A stretch of 64,000 bases of DNA from Chiloscyllium plagiosum (Eukaryota), in the NCBI RefSeq assembly GCF_004010195.1, contig NC_057719.1, forward strand, positions 17,904,165-17,968,164. Reading direction: 5' to 3'. Below, piece after piece: positions 1 to 13,289 of the stretch. How positions within the stretch are numbered: position 1 is the first letter of the stretch; each line of letters begins with the position of its first letter. The notes below the pieces were generated by a model. It had not been told where the DNA came from. It made no database searches and worked only from the letters and a program-made list of their open reading frames with translations. The position numbers were made by a program, and so were the translations under genes.

Positions 1-619
1 GCCCAACAGAGACGACCTCTCTTAAAACCGCCATGCTAGTTGCTGCCTAAAAATCATCTTCTCCATTAATCTGTATCAGCTGGTGGAGTTACTGTATTTT
101 CTATTTCTTCCAATTGAGAAGCTATTCCAAAACCATATGGAACTCTCCAACGGATTGTAAATGAGATGCATGATTCAGAGCTCACACTTCTTCCATTGAA
201 CCTCAGGGGAGTCACTCCATCCATCTGCTGCCCAATGCAAGTGATTACCTGAAAGTCTAACCTAACATTTTGAACTTATACTTGTGTTCCCAATAGCAAT
301 GCCCATGTCTACAAGGTGAGAACCATCGCCAGGAGAGATACACAGGTTGCTACTTTTTGCCAGAATAGAATAATTTATAGATTACACACAAATATTCAAT
401 ATAAGATGTCTGATAAAAGTAATCACTTTAATAAAGCACTCGTATTTCTATACGAGTGTCCTGGCGTCGTCACTGCTGTAAGGCAGGAAGTGTGGCCTAT
501 TCTACATTCAGCAAGATTCCACTAAGTAGTAATATGGTAAAGACAAATTTAGTGGTTGAGTGATTCACCAGGGCAGCGGGAAGAATTTCCATTTTGATCT
601 TACCAATATTTTATGTCTA

Positions 620-760
620 TGTGAGATGGCAAAAGCAGCCCAGGTTTAATGGCACCACCCCCCTACAGTGCCGCAACTAGATTTGGTACTCCAGTCTTGG
701 GAGTGAATTTTGACCCTGCAACGTTCTAACTCAGAGATGGAAATGCTAACAGCAAAGGCC
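620..760 (-). mobile_element. Degenerate Deu-domain SINE (SacSINE1/AmnSINE-like) head fragment
   Basis: Reverse complement resembles the tRNA-like head of the Deu-SINE copies at 2531 and 61718 (..agcatttccatctctgagttagaacgttgcagggtcaaaattcactcccaagactggagtaccaaatcta..). Confidence 0.5.
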
Positions 761-2530
761 TAGCTGAAAACCCTTGAAGGGACGTTTGCTTTCTCCTGAC
801 TTTCCGCAAGAAAGGGTTGACTACAAAATTCACTGGAATGTTATCGGAAAAATGTTTCTCTGCTATTCTGGTATTTGAACCAAGGTATTAAATTGTTTAT
901 TATAAAGGAATCAACAAGCTTCTGTTAAAAACTAAACAGTAATTGGATATGAGCAGGATAAGCTCTTCTTCCATAATGGGGCACAATGTCATTCACAGGC
1001 AATATTGCCTGATGTTGGTCCAAACAGTTGAAATGACTGCTACACTGAAAGGAAGTAAATATACATGGAAACTCATATTTATACAAAAAGGTGAACAGAT
1101 CAAATCTTGTTATTTACAAACTGTTGCGACAAACTCCATTATAGTCAACAAAGGAACTCACACTGGATAAGCAGTACAACTCGTCAACCTTGTTAGTTTG
1201 CTGTACTGAGAATGTGTGACTATTGCTTCATATCACAGAGTCAGTTTGTCCTGGGGGTGTGACCAGACTAAGGCCCTCGCTATTTATAAACACCTAAGAG
1301 TTTTCCACGTGCATGATTTTACAGCTACAAAGATATTGTGCAAAGTAACCCGAGGGTTTGCGACAGTGACTGAGACAAATTGACAAATACAGTTAATCGT
1401 AACCTTTCAGCCATTTTGGAAAACACTGCAAAGAGACAATTGCTGAGCACCAATTGTCTGTGTTCCAGTGTTCATCAGCAGAAGGCTCAAACTCACTGAT
1501 GTAAATTGAACATGGATTGCCTGCAATTTCTATCAGGCCAGAAGGTGAAGTCAGGGTTCCTTGTCATTTTTGAGAAGTAGACAAATTTCAGGGAAATCAC
1601 TTAAAGCAGAAAGTTTACTCAAACCCATATCCTTGCAAGATTTTAAAAAGTGCATTTTTTAAACCAAGCTGAATGCCTTGGGTGGTGTTTAAGAAACATT
1701 CACAGGTGACCATCTCTCCTGTCTCTTTTGATTCACACTGCTGGCCAGTTAGCAATTTCATTAACACCCCAGTTGAAAAGGTTCTTCTTTAAAATAAAAA
1801 AGCACACAGTTGCTTCCAAATTGGGCTTGATCCCTTTCTGGTCTGTAGCTGTAGGGTGTTTTATGCAGTGGGAAGGAGAAATAAACAATCTTGTTAAAAT
1901 ACCTCAACATAATGCCAGGGCAGCAGAGACAACACCACTGGTGACACATGACAATCAGCTGGAAATACCAGAAGCAAACCATCCATTGACATTCAATGTT
2001 TAGCCCCAAGTTCATTGGCATTAACTCAGTGAGTTCTGGAGTCTCAGACAGATACAAAACTCCACACCTGCCTGCACAATGAGAGCTGTATCCCTATATC
2101 TCCTCTGTTCACATGTATTCAGTGTTTATTCCAGGCTAATGCAAGGAGTTACAATTCCGATTGGAAGTATCACTAGGATATATTTTGCATGACCTTCCAT
2201 TATCAAGCTTGCCTCTCTATCCACCTGACAAGCTTTTATTTGATCTTTCTATCATTGGCAATAAAAGAATGAAAATTAAAACACCATTAATTTTTTAACT
2301 TTCCACTGGTTTCTCCCTGAGTCACTGAGAGCAATGTTCAGAGATTAATCTTTCTGTCCGGGAGATGCCAAATGCTCAATAATTCTTTAAAGTTGGTGGT
2401 ACCAGTACATAGGGTGGTGTGCAATGTAATGGTGATAGGTAGAAATGATTTGTTGTAAGGTGACAACTCATGGCGTGTTCTGTACTTGCAGCTTGTATTA
2501 TTCAGCTAAAAAAATCATTGTGTATATTGT

Positions 2531-2790
2531 CAGCTGTGGATCAGTTGATAGCACTCTTACCTCTTGGCTTCAAGCCTCACTCCAGGGCTGAAGTACATAA
2601 ACATCAAGACTGAAGAAATACTGTGCTGTTGAGGAAGCTTTATTTCAGATGAGAGCGAAAATCGATATCCCAGATGGTGGCAAAAGCTTCCAAGGCATAA
2701 CTTCAAAGAGCATGGGATTTGTCTCCAGTGTTCTGACAAATATCTATCCCTCAATCCGAAATACCTGGGTATCTGGTTATTATCACATTG
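2531..2790 (+). mobile_element. Deu-domain SINE remnant
   Basis: tRNA-like head (gctgtggatcagttgatagcactcttacctct) followed by Deu-like body (ttcagatgag...tatctatccctcaa...atctggttattatcacattg). Similar to 61718-62425. Confidence 0.6.
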
Positions 2791-2904
2791 GGAACAATCA
2801 TAATTACAAAATAAATTGACAGAATAGATACATAAGTCTGCGATGCTCTTATAGCTGAAACAGAAATGCTCCTAAAAAGCTATTTGCCCTGAAACTTTGT
2901 TGCA

Positions 2905-3835
2905 TTGCAATGGGAATAGGCCATTCAGCCCCTTGATCTTGTCCCACCATTCAACAAGATCATAGCTAATCTGCTCCTTGACTCCATTTGTCCACCTTGC
3001 CTCCATATTACCGCTTTCACTTCAAAAAAATCTGTCAACTCATTCTTGAATGCTACCACCCACAGCTTTTGGGGAAGAGAATTCCAGATTCCTGCTACCC
3101 GCTGAGTAAATAAATATTTTCTGACTTCCTTCCTGGGATCATAGAATTGTTACAGGACAGAAGGCCATTCAATCCATCACATACATTCCAGTCTTCCTTA
3201 GGGAGTAATTCTCATATTGCTACTCCCACACTTGCTACCAATCCTGCCAAAGCGCTCCCCCACACAACCCCAATATATTCCGAATATCCCTGCACATTCC
3301 TCCTTTTCAGGAATTTAGAATATTTAGAAAACAAGAGAAAATGGAGAGTATAGAAGAAATTGATAAAGCGTAGTGCTGGAAAAGGCACAGCAGGTCAGAC
3401 AGCATTTGAGGAGCAAGAGATTGAATGTTTCGGGCAAGACTCCTCTGACTATCCAGCATCGCCAACCCTCACTCTCTCCGAGTTCAGCAGGAGGCCACTC
3501 TACCATCATATCTGTATCAGTCATAAAATAAATAATCCAGCCCAATCCCATTTTCCAGCACTTGATCTGGATCCCTGAAGATTGTTTGATGTGTATACCC
3601 AGATACGTTTTAATTGAGTTGAGGGCCTCAGTTTCTAATACACTTTCTGGCAGTGAGTTCGAGACCCCTATCACCCTCAGGGTGAAATGTCTATTCATCA
3701 TCTTCAAATATTTCCACTGACCTCTTTAAATCTATGCCCCCCATCCCAGTCATTGACAATCTGCTAAGGGAAAGAGGACCTTTACAATCTTGTTCACTAC
3801 AATTCAATCTTCCGTAGGCGTCCTCTGTTCAAAGG
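2905..3835 (-). mobile_element. Old CR1 LINE 3' fragments, interrupted by a PLE fragment at ~3333-3445
   Basis: Antisense CR1 tail motifs (ggccattcagcccctt..., ctttaaatctatgcccc) shared with other CR1 copies in the window. Confidence 0.6.
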
Positions 3836-3840
3836 AAAAT

Positions 3841-4195
3841 GGGCAAGGCAATGGCCAAGTGGTATTATCACTGGATTGATAATCCAGAGACCCAGATGAT
3901 GTTCTGGGTTTGAATCCTGTCTTGGCAGATGGTGGAATTCAAATTCAACAATAATCTGGAAATAAGAGTCTAATGATGACCATGAATCTATTGTCAATTG
4001 TCTGAAAAACCCTTCTAGTTCACTAATGCCCTTTAAGGAAGAAAATGGCTATCCTTACCTGGTCTGGCCTACATGTGACTCCAGCCCCACAGCAATGTGG
4101 TTGACTCTTAACTGACCTCTGGGCGGTTAGGGATGGGCAATAAATGTGGGCCTGACCAGGGACACCCTCATCCCATAAAGAAATATTAAAAAGAA
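3841..4195 (+). mobile_element. Short non-autonomous derivative of LINE-T (tRNA-like head + 5' UTR joined to LINE 3' tail); SINE-like
   Basis: A-box tggccaagtgg (3852-3862) and B-box ggtttgaatcc (3907-3917). Body matches 17090-17290. At ~4121 it switches to the LINE-T tail gggatgggcaataaatg...cccataaagaaatattaaaaa. Confidence 0.8.
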
Positions 4196-4924
4196 GTCCC
4201 ATTTAACCATCCTTTCCTCTTTGTTGCAATTTGCCAGTCCTGGCATCATCCTTGTAAATCTCCTCTCTGCCTTCTTTAACTTGCTTCACTTGTATTTTAA
4301 AACAATGTTCACAATCCCCCATCAGAGAGAATAATAATTTCTCTGCATCAACTCCATTGATTCCTTTAACACATTAAACAATGTTATCACATCACCTCCG
4401 CACCCCCACCTCTATACACAAGGGAATACAAGCCAATATTTTTTAAATAATATGTGGTAATAAATTAACTAATGTTAATCCACAAGTTTACTTTTGTCAT
4501 CTTGATTTAATTGAGCTGGCAGGAATGTCATATTATTGACTTCAAAATCATGAGATGGCAGTAAAAATTAAACACATCTCTCTGATTATTTCAACGAGGC
4601 CTCCATTTCATCCTGTAATTTTTATTAATTCTGACTGCTGAACATTGTCTAACCTTCATAGGTCTTGAGTCTATGTATGTTTAAGAAGGGAGAAACGTTG
4701 CAAGTGCTGTAGATTTGAAATGAAACGAGAAAATACTGCAAATACTTTGCAAGTCAGCTACTGTCTTTAAAAGGATAGGATGTTTCAGAGTGTAATCCTC
4801 ATTGAAATACAAATGAAAAGTGTTTAGTCAGAATATCATTGTTTATCAGTTTTTGGCTGATCCACTTTGAATTTAAATTATAAACAGTAGAGCACAGAAA
4901 GTGGCCATTCAGCCCATTAAATCT

Positions 4925-5040
4925 AGGAGCATCTGTGGAGACAAAGCAGAGTTAATGTTTCGGATCCAGTAACCCTTCTTCAGACCTGCTGAGTTTTTCA
5001 GCAATTTCTGATCTTGTTTCTGAATTCCAGCAGATTTCAG
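4925..5040. mobile_element. PLE pLTR fragments (second family) with an antisense hammerhead core
   Basis: The minus strand at 4953-4983 reads ctgaagaagggttactggatccgaaacatta. It is followed by sense-orientation gacctgctgagtttttcagcaatttctg. Confidence 0.6.
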
Positions 5041-5049
5041 ATTTCCTCT

Positions 5050-6900
5050 CCTCTTAAAAAAACTCTCCCATATCTGAAATCAATCTAGTAAATCTTCTCT
5101 GGACTGTGTCCAATATCAATAAAACTTTCCACAGATAGGGAGGTCAAAACTATTCATACTGTAACTTCTTTAGTTTTAGCAAGATTTTCACACTTCTATA
5201 TTCCATCCCCTTTGAAATAAAGGCCAATAGTCAATTTGTCTGCCATACTTACTGCTGAAATTGTATGTTAGCTTTTTCCTTGCATGCATGAAGACCCCCA
5301 AATCCCTCCGTTCTGCAGCTCTTTGCAGTCTTTCTGCATTTAAATAATTTTTAGCTCTTCTGTTCTTCCTGCCAAAATGCACAACTTCACATTTTCTAAA
5401 ATGATATTCCATCTGGAACTGTTTGCCCACACATGTAAACTGTTTATATTCCTATGCAGACTTTCCATGTCATTCTCTTCACTTGCCTTCCCAACTATTT
5501 TTGTTTCATCTGCAACCTTGGTGATAGTCCATTTACTTCCACTGACCCTGTGGTATTGCCCGAATTATTGGTTGCCATCCTGAAAATGCTCTCTTCATCC
5601 TAACTCTATCTTACATTAGTTAACTAACCGTCTTATTTTATTAATTAGTCTCATATGCTGTGCTTAGCAAATGCCTTTTGGAAATTAAAATAAATTTCAT
5701 CCATAGGTTCCTCTTTATCATTCCTGCTTGTTACCTTCTCAAATATCTGTAATACATATGTAAAGCATGTCCTTTCCCTTGTGAAGCCATGCTGAATTGA
5801 TTATTGAATATTCTTTATATTTCTAAATACTGTATTATTACATTCTTTGTGAGAGACTGTTACATTTTCCGAATGTCAGATGATAAACTACCTGGCCTAT
5901 AGTCTCTCACCATAGATAATTTACCATAGAGTCATACTGCATGGAAACAGACCCTTTGGTCCAACCAGTCTATGTCGAACATAATTCCAAACTAAACTCC
6001 TGCCTGCTCCTGGCCCATATACCTCCAAACCTTTCCTATTCATGTCCTTATCCAAATGTCTTTTAAATGTGCAACTGTACCCGCACCCACCTTTTCCTCA
6101 GGAAGTTCATTTATCAGATTTTTGTCTCCCTCCCTATTTTAATAATGTTACATTTTTAGGACTTTTCCTGAATTTTGAGATTCTTGGAAGATTACTACTT
6201 GGAAGATCATTATCTTTATAGAGACTTGCATTAAAATCCTAAGATGCATCCCATCAGTTTCAGTGGACTTACTGTCTTCAATCCCATTAAAATATTTATT
6301 CAACTCCCCACCATTTGCTGTCTCCCCATTATTATTTCCCCAATTTGTTCTCTCAGGGACTATACTCACTTTGGCTTTTCTCTCCATTTTTATAAATTTA
6401 AAGAAGCTGTTTGCTGTCTGTTTTTATCCTATCGTTGTTTATCTTCATCCACTTTAATTTTTATCAAACATCTTTTGTTGGCTTCTGCAAATTTCCCAAT
6501 CCTCTGGTTTATCACTAATCTTTGACATCTTGTATTTTTTTTTGCCTTTCAATTTGATTCAATCCTTAACTTCTTCAGTTAACAATGGTTGGTTTATTCC
6601 CTACCTACAATCCTTTTTTGTCATTGGGATACACCTTTTCTATTAGTCATTTTCTTAATCAACATGCCTTGTGCCTCAACTGTCTTTACAGCTAAACTCC
6701 ATTCCCAGTAACTTCAGTCAGGTTTACATCACTCATATATAATCACCCGTATTTAAGTTTAGCACAGGTATTCCGATCTACACCTGATCTTTGGTTGGAT
6801 CCAGAACATATGAAATATGTTGTCCACAGGTAATTGTCCTTAATACGTGTATGAATTCTTCCTTGAGGCTACTGTTGCCAATTTGATTATCCCAATCTAT
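5050..6900 (-). mobile_element. Degraded CR1 LINE ORF2 region, with a nested CR1 3' end at ~5925-6110
   Basis: ORF 5188-5430(-) KCEVVHFGRKNRR..YLNAERLQ..RDLGV is the CR1 RT C-terminal region. Multiple stops and frameshifts. Confidence 0.8.
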
Positions 6901-7114
6901 TTTTTTTTACATTAACGTTCCCTTCTAATTTATTTTCTGGCCTATAGAACAGTTTTTGTAGGGGCTTTACAGATTACTTCCCCCACTATCTTCTTCCCCT
7001 CTGTTATTTCTTCCATCCACCCATATGAATTCTATATCATCCTATCAAAGATCATTTCTTGCTATTATGCATATTCACAATATATTCACGCTATTCTCGA
7101 GTACGCAAGAACTC

Positions 7115-7570
7115 TTACTTATTTTTATAGATGCACCATAGAAAGCATTCTCTCTGGTTTGGTTTGGCAACTGTTCTTTCCAAGATGGCAAGACACTACA
7201 GATAGTCGTGCACACAGCACAGTCCATGCAAATCAACCATTGACTCCATCTATAATTCCTGCTGCCTCAGGAAAGCAACCAACATCATCAAAAAAACCCT
7301 CCCACCCCGTTATACTCTCTTCTGCCCTTTTCAGTTCACCAGAAGGTATAAACATTTCTTTACAGATATAGATAAATTCATGAACAGCTTCTACCCCACT
7401 GATGTTAGATCTCTGAATTTTAAAGTCGATGTTGATCTTATTCTCTATGCACTTTCTCTGCAGCCTTCTCTGTTCTATTATGTTATGCATTTTGTATGGT
7501 ACGATCCCGCCTGTAAAACAATATTTTTCACTGTATCTAGGTACATGTGATAATAATAAGTAAAATCAAA
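7115..7570 (+). mobile_element. Rex1/Babar LINE 3' end
   Basis: Encodes degenerate FYRCTIESIL...PSHP...NSFY. The tail tttcactgtatctaggtacatgtgataataataagtaaaatcaaat is Rex1-like. Confidence 0.75.
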
Positions 7571-7574
7571 TATA

Positions 7575-8815
7575 TATTGATGATTTAAGTGAGGGAACTA
7601 AATGTATATCTTGAGGTGTGCAGATTACACAAAGCTGGCTGGGAAGGTGAGCTGTAAAGAACTGCAGAGATGCTTCAATGCAAATAAGACAAGCAGAAGG
7701 AATGGGAAAACATGTGGCAGATAAAGTATAATGTGAATAAATGTGAATTTATCCATTTTGGTAGCCAAAACAGGAAGGCAGATTAATACCTAAAGAGCAA
7801 TAAATTGGGAACAGAGGAGGGCGAATGAGACCTGGGTGTCCTTGTACACCAGACACTGACAGTGAGCAAGCAGGTCCAACAACTGGTGAAGAAAGTATGC
7901 TAGCTTTCATAGTAAGAACATTCACATACGGGAGCAGGGATGTCTTGCTGCAACTGTATTGGGCCTTGGTGAGACCACACCTGGAGTCTTATATGCTGAT
8001 TTGACCTCCTTATCTGAGGAAAGATATTTTGATTGTGGAGAGAATGCGACAAAGCTTTGCCAGGCTGATTCCTCGGAAAGCATGATTGAGGAATGAAGAG
8101 AGATTTGTGTTCAAAAGAAGGAGAGAGAGGGGACATCTCATAGAAACCTATACAATTCTAATAGGACTAGTCAGAATAAATGCAGGAAGGATATTCCCAA
8201 TGGCCAGGTAGTCCAAGGCTCATTTTCGTAAGATACAGAGAAGGCCATTTAGGACTGAATGAGGAGAAATTTCTTCACCCAGAGAATGGAATTCTCTGCC
8301 ACAGAAAAACATTTGAGGTGGAAACATTGAATGTTTTTCGATGGGATTCCCTACAATGTGGAAACAGGCCCATCAGCCCAACCAGTCCACACCGACCCTC
8401 TGAAGAGTAACCCACCCAGACCTATTTCCCTCTGACTAATGCACCTAACACTACGGGCAATTTAGAATGGCCAATTCACCTGACCTGCAAGTCTTTGGAC
8501 TGGGGGAGGAAACCAGAGCACCCAGAGGAAACCCACTCAGACATGGGGAGAATGTGCAAACTCCACACAGACAGTCGCCCAAGGCTAGAATTGAACCTGG
8601 GACCCTGGTGCTGTGAGGCAGCAATGCTGACCACTGAGCCAATGTACCACCCCTTTTTTCAGGACAGAGTTAGATACAACTCTTAGAGCAAAAGGGATCA
8701 ATGTGTATGGTACACAAGAGGAGACAGGTTATTGTGTTGAATGATTAGCCACAAGCATGGAGGAGCAAACCCAAAGAGTCAAATGGCCTAAACCTATTCT
8801 TATTTTCATTGCTTC
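7575..8815 (+). mobile_element. CR1 LINE 3' portion, split by an HE1 insertion
   Basis: Degenerate CR1 motifs (KCE.IHFG, RDLGVLVH, LVRPHLE), then 3' UTR. The sequence resumes after 8653. Confidence 0.8.
8341..8653 (-). mobile_element. HE1 SINE (tRNA-derived head, CR1/HER1-derived tail)
   Basis: Reverse complement matches the 18448 copy over its full length. Confidence 0.9.
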
Positions 8816-8873
8816 TGCGCATTTCAAACTAACAAGCATTCCTAAAAAGCATTCCTGTCTGATAATCACTGAA

Positions 8874-8990
8874 GTCAAAAAGTGTGGTACTGGAAAAGCA
8901 GAACCAGTCATGCAGCATCCAAGGATGAAGAACCTACGTTCGAAACTTTGAATCTCCTGCTCCTGCGTGTGCAGTCCTCACTTCCTCCTT
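8874..8990. mobile_element. PLE mini-insertion (inverted pLTR pieces)
   Basis: TSD ataatc(a/g)ctgaa at 8862-8873 and 8991-9002. pLTR motifs are present in both orientations. Confidence 0.75.
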
Positions 8991-9837
8991 ATAATCGCTG
9001 AAACCGAGGAGACAGGCAGCAGTGTCCTGAATAAGTTCACAATGATACAGTGTGGAGCTTTCGCAACCAGCCACGAGTGATTGATAAGGACCGAGAGGTT
9101 GTTTCAGCAGCATAAGGAGTGAAGTAACATGGTGGGCTGCTTGACAATATGGAGATGGAAGCAGTTGTCACAACCTTCAGGGGACAATAGATCTGGAGCT
9201 CCACTCGGGTGCATGGAGCTTGCAAAAAAGATAAACATCCAACAGATTTTCCTCAATGCAACATGCCAGGACTTATCCTCTGTGGTAGCAGCTATACAAG
9301 AGACTCTGGCTACAAGCATTGGACTGAGCACAGACGAAAGACTCAGTTCAGGACCTTCCTAGTCTACGTTGTTCAGTGTATTGCTTGTTGAGCCATAAGC
9401 CATTTGAGTATACACACGGGATTTAAAATAATCCTAGAATTGTACATTGCAGCAGAGTTACCATTGTTTATATACCTCCCCAAATAACAAAAGGAATTGT
9501 TTAAAGGAAATGGAAAATCCCATCAAAATATTTTTTGTTTAAAATACTCCTGACTTTCTTTTATATAACAAGCTTCAACAAGGATCAACAAAGGTTTCTT
9601 CAGCTATTAAGTGTTAGAAATACAAAACTGCATCCCCTAACTCAATTGTTAGCTTCAGTCTGTTTCTATGTACAGGAGCACAAGTGACTGTCTAACTAAT
9701 GGCCACCATCAACACACAACTGAATACAAGTAATATCAAAATAACACCAGACCGTGAGGTGGGGTGGGAGTGGCTAAGAGATAGTGAGGCTGGTTAACAT
9801 TGCATTGTTAACTAATTCAATAAGCAAAAGAATATTC

Positions 9838-10387
9838 AGAGTCAAAAAGTGTGGTGCTGGAAAAGCACAGCCAGTCAGGCAGCATCTGAGGAGCAGGAGA
9901 ATCAACATTTCAAGCATAACGTCTTCATCAGGAACAAGAGAGTGGCCCAATGTGACTGAGAGATAAATGGAAGGGGAAGGGGCTGAGGGAAGGTAGCCCA
10001 GGATGCGATAGGTAGATGAAGTTGGAGTGAAGGTGATAGGTAGGAAAGAAGATGGACAGGTCAAGAGGGTGGTGCTGAGTTGGAAGATGGATTGGGGATA
10101 AGGGGAATCTTCCAATTCAGCACCACCCTCTTGACCTGTCCTACTTGTCCATCATCCTTCCCACTATCTGCTCCACCCTCCTCGCCAACCTATCATCTTC
10201 TCCCCCACCTCCATCTCCCTTAGCTACCTTCCCCCCCAGCTCCACCCCCTCCCCATTTATTTCTCAGCCCCCCAGCTCACAAACTTCACTGATTCTCCTG
10301 CTCTTCGGATGCTGCCTGACCTGCTGTGCTTTTCCAGCACCACACTCTCGACTCTGACCTCCAGCATCTTCAGTCCTCATTTTCTCA
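9838..10387. mobile_element. PLE insertion with inverted pLTR/3' UTR halves
   Basis: Antisense half ~9838-10106 and sense half ~10107-10387. 35-bp near-perfect inverted arms at 10054-10088 and 10107-10141. Confidence 0.85.
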
Positions 10388-11715
10388 CAATAGGATACTC
10401 AGACTGTACACTGAAATCTTTGGTGATTTCAGATGTTGTGATCCACTGTTCCCCCTGTTTCTTACGCTGGCAGGATGAATAATTTCTTTTAGCTGTTCAC
10501 GTCTTCAAACCAAGGCCCAGAGCAGTCAGAGTGAGAGATTCATCTTACGGTTAAACAAACTGCAGTATTGTTCTTTTTCTCGACATGATGTTGACAGAGG
10601 ATCCCAAAAATTGAGTTGAAAGCAGAAAGGGACAACCACCCCTGAATCCAAAGATGAACTTAGAGCCAATGCAGATAAAATTGCAAATAAATCCCAAAAA
10701 AATCAATCCATCTCAATATCACATGAATTTGGGTTTAGGAAATATTTAGCCCGTGAGGACTATTTTTCTGTACTGTGGTGAGTGCTAACTAACCCTTCAT
10801 TCCTGTGTTACAGGAATGGAGAAGGATAGGAAAAGGTGGGAGAGTGGAGCTGTGATGTTGAAAGGGGTAGAGGTGTAGAGAGCACAGCTGCACAGTGAGC
10901 TGAGGTGCCTGTATGTGAAAACTGAGTGACATCCCTTCGTCAATCAAGCCAATCCAAAATGAGTTAAGCTGCAATCATTCTGTCATCCATCCCAGCACCC
11001 CCCTTACCCTTTAATCCCGCTTCCCAGCAGTAACATCTCCCTCTGATATCTCATCAGATCTATGTCATTACTATTTTTAATTATCACAGAAAACCCCCCA
11101 GCATTAATTCATTGCCTTTAATGTGCCGAGTGGGGCATTGATGTAGAGAACAGAAAACCACCAGAACAATAGTGTCTGGCAACGTGGGGTAAGCATTGGT
11201 GACTGGCGTGCAGTTTTGCTAATGGGATTGCTCACAAAGGTCCAACTTGTTCTGAGATATGAAAGAGAAATGTGATTGCACTGGACTGATGGATTGACTG
11301 AGGAGCTCTTGTCCATTAAGGAGGTTGGTATTTTCACAGTTATAGACTCATAGAGTCATAGAGATGTACAGTATGGAAACAGACCTGTCGGTCCAACTCG
11401 TCCATGCTGACCAGATATCCTAACTTAATCTAGTCCCATTTAGTTTTATTCAATGAATCAAAGAATGATTACAGCACAGAAGGAAGCTTTTCAGGCCATT
11501 GCTAACATGCCAGGTCTCTGCAACAGCAAATCATCAAGCTCTCCTCCTCTTTTTCCTGGTAACCCTGCAACAATCCTTTTCCTCTTCAGATAAAGATCAA
11601 ATTCTCTTCAGACAGCTGTGATTGATTTTTCTTCCCCAACATACTCCTACCCCTAACCACTCGCTGTGCAAAATGCCATCTCCTCATGTTGCCACCGCAT
11701 CTTTTGCCAAAGATC

Positions 11716-12076
11716 TGAGAATCACTACAGTGTGGAAGCAGGCCATTTGGTCCATTGAGTCCACACTGATTCTGTAAAGAACATGCCATGCAGAGCCATG
11801 CCTCGACCCCTTCCCTGTAACCCTGCATTTCCCATGGCTAACCTACCTGCCTTGCACAGCCCTACAGGCAAACTACAGGCAATGTAGTGTGGCTAATCCA
11901 CTTAACCTGCACATCTTTGGATGATGGAAGGAAATTGGAACTCCCAGAGGAAACCCATACAGACACAGGAGAACATGCAAATGCGACACAACTGTGTGGA
12001 AAGTAACCTGGGGTTGGAATTGAACATGGGTCCCTGGTCTGTGAGGCAGCTGTGCTAACCACTGAACCACCATGCG
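11716..12076 (-). mobile_element. HE1 SINE (diverged)
   Basis: Antisense HE1 body (ctaacc..cacatctttgga..aaacccatacagacacaggagaacatgcaaa..gtgaggcagctgtgctaaccactgaaccacc). Confidence 0.85.
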
Positions 12077-12311
12077 TGAGTCAACCGTTCTCAATCCTTC
12101 CACCAACGTTGCAACTATTTCAGCTCCAGGCAGAATGATAGAGATGGGCTAATGGTGTAACAATAGTGTACCTGCCTCCAGGTCCAAAGGGTGTGTGTTC
12201 AAACCATGTCAGTGTTATGGTCTCATTACATGATGGTGTTCCTGCCTCTCTGCCAAAGTCAGAAGTTCTGATTTAAACCCCACAGTAGGACTTGATGAAC
12301 AAGAAAGGTGC

Positions 12312-13094
12312 TGTAGCAGCCTCCTGGCTGCTAAAACCCACTTAGATTGTCAATTTGGCCAAACAGCAAGGAATGCTGGTTACATTGGCCAAGTAAAATC
12401 TGAAATCACAAAACCCACACGCCAGATACAGTGCAAACACAGCAGCCAGGTGCTAATGACCTTGGCATAAAATAAAAGGCAACAGTTATTCTCACCCCCA
12501 ACAACTTCTCCACTCAACAAAAGACAGCCCAGACAGAAAGACACCGGGTCCTGCTAGACAAAGAAGCTGACAGTAGCATGCCATCTCAATGTTTTGACTC
12601 CTGTTTCAAATTCTTAAGTGTATCTCCTGAATGGTCCAAACTATAGAGAGTTCCAGAAAACCATCTAAAAAGTATAAAAACAGAGTTCACCTGCAGACTT
12701 TGCTCTTGGAACTACCTTCAAAATCTCTGGAATTGTCTGAGGCCCTCTGAGGAGATCAGCATGGCAAGAGGCAGAGACCAAGTGACCACGCAGAGAGACA
12801 GAGAGGAAGAAAGCAGTTTCGCAGACACAAAGACAGAGCCACAGAGAACAACTGCATCAATCTACAGGAGACTGGAGAAGTATTGTATCCTAAGGAGTCA
12901 TAGTATTAAAGATTAGTTTCATATTAAAGACTATTATAACTTTGGTCCTAATAAAGTTGGGACTGTCTTGTATTGGTACTGGCTTGTGTTCATATTGATT
13001 TGACCGTTTTGGCATTGTAGGACACCTGGACAAATTCATTCATAACATTCTGGTTGGAGTTGGTTGTAACTTGTTAAAAGAGGAACCAGGAACA
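12312..13094 (+). mobile_element. Solo LTR (783 bp), ERV- or Gypsy-type
   Basis: TGT...ACA termini with a 4-bp TSD gtgc (12308-12311, 13095-13098). TATA box gtataaaaa at ~12672 and AATAAA at ~12950. It interrupts a tRNA-headed SINE that reads through as ..gaaaggtgc|attcataac.. Confidence 0.75.
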
Positions 13095-13289
13095 GTGCAT
13101 TCATAACCCATCTGAGCAGGCTGACAATCAACTTATGGGCCATTTGGTGGAGTGATAGTTCCAGATCTCCAGACCCAGGTACATGTCCCACCTATCCTTC
13201 AAGTGTGTTATAACATGTTTGTGGCAATGTGGCTGAGCACTGTAACTGCTGGATTAAGCTTTTTAACTGCTCTATCAATCACCCCAACA

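Noticed and set aside
9003..9420. Coding-looking stretch with overlapping short ORFs
   Set aside because: Stops occur in the frames examined, with no recognisable peptide or convincing splice pair.
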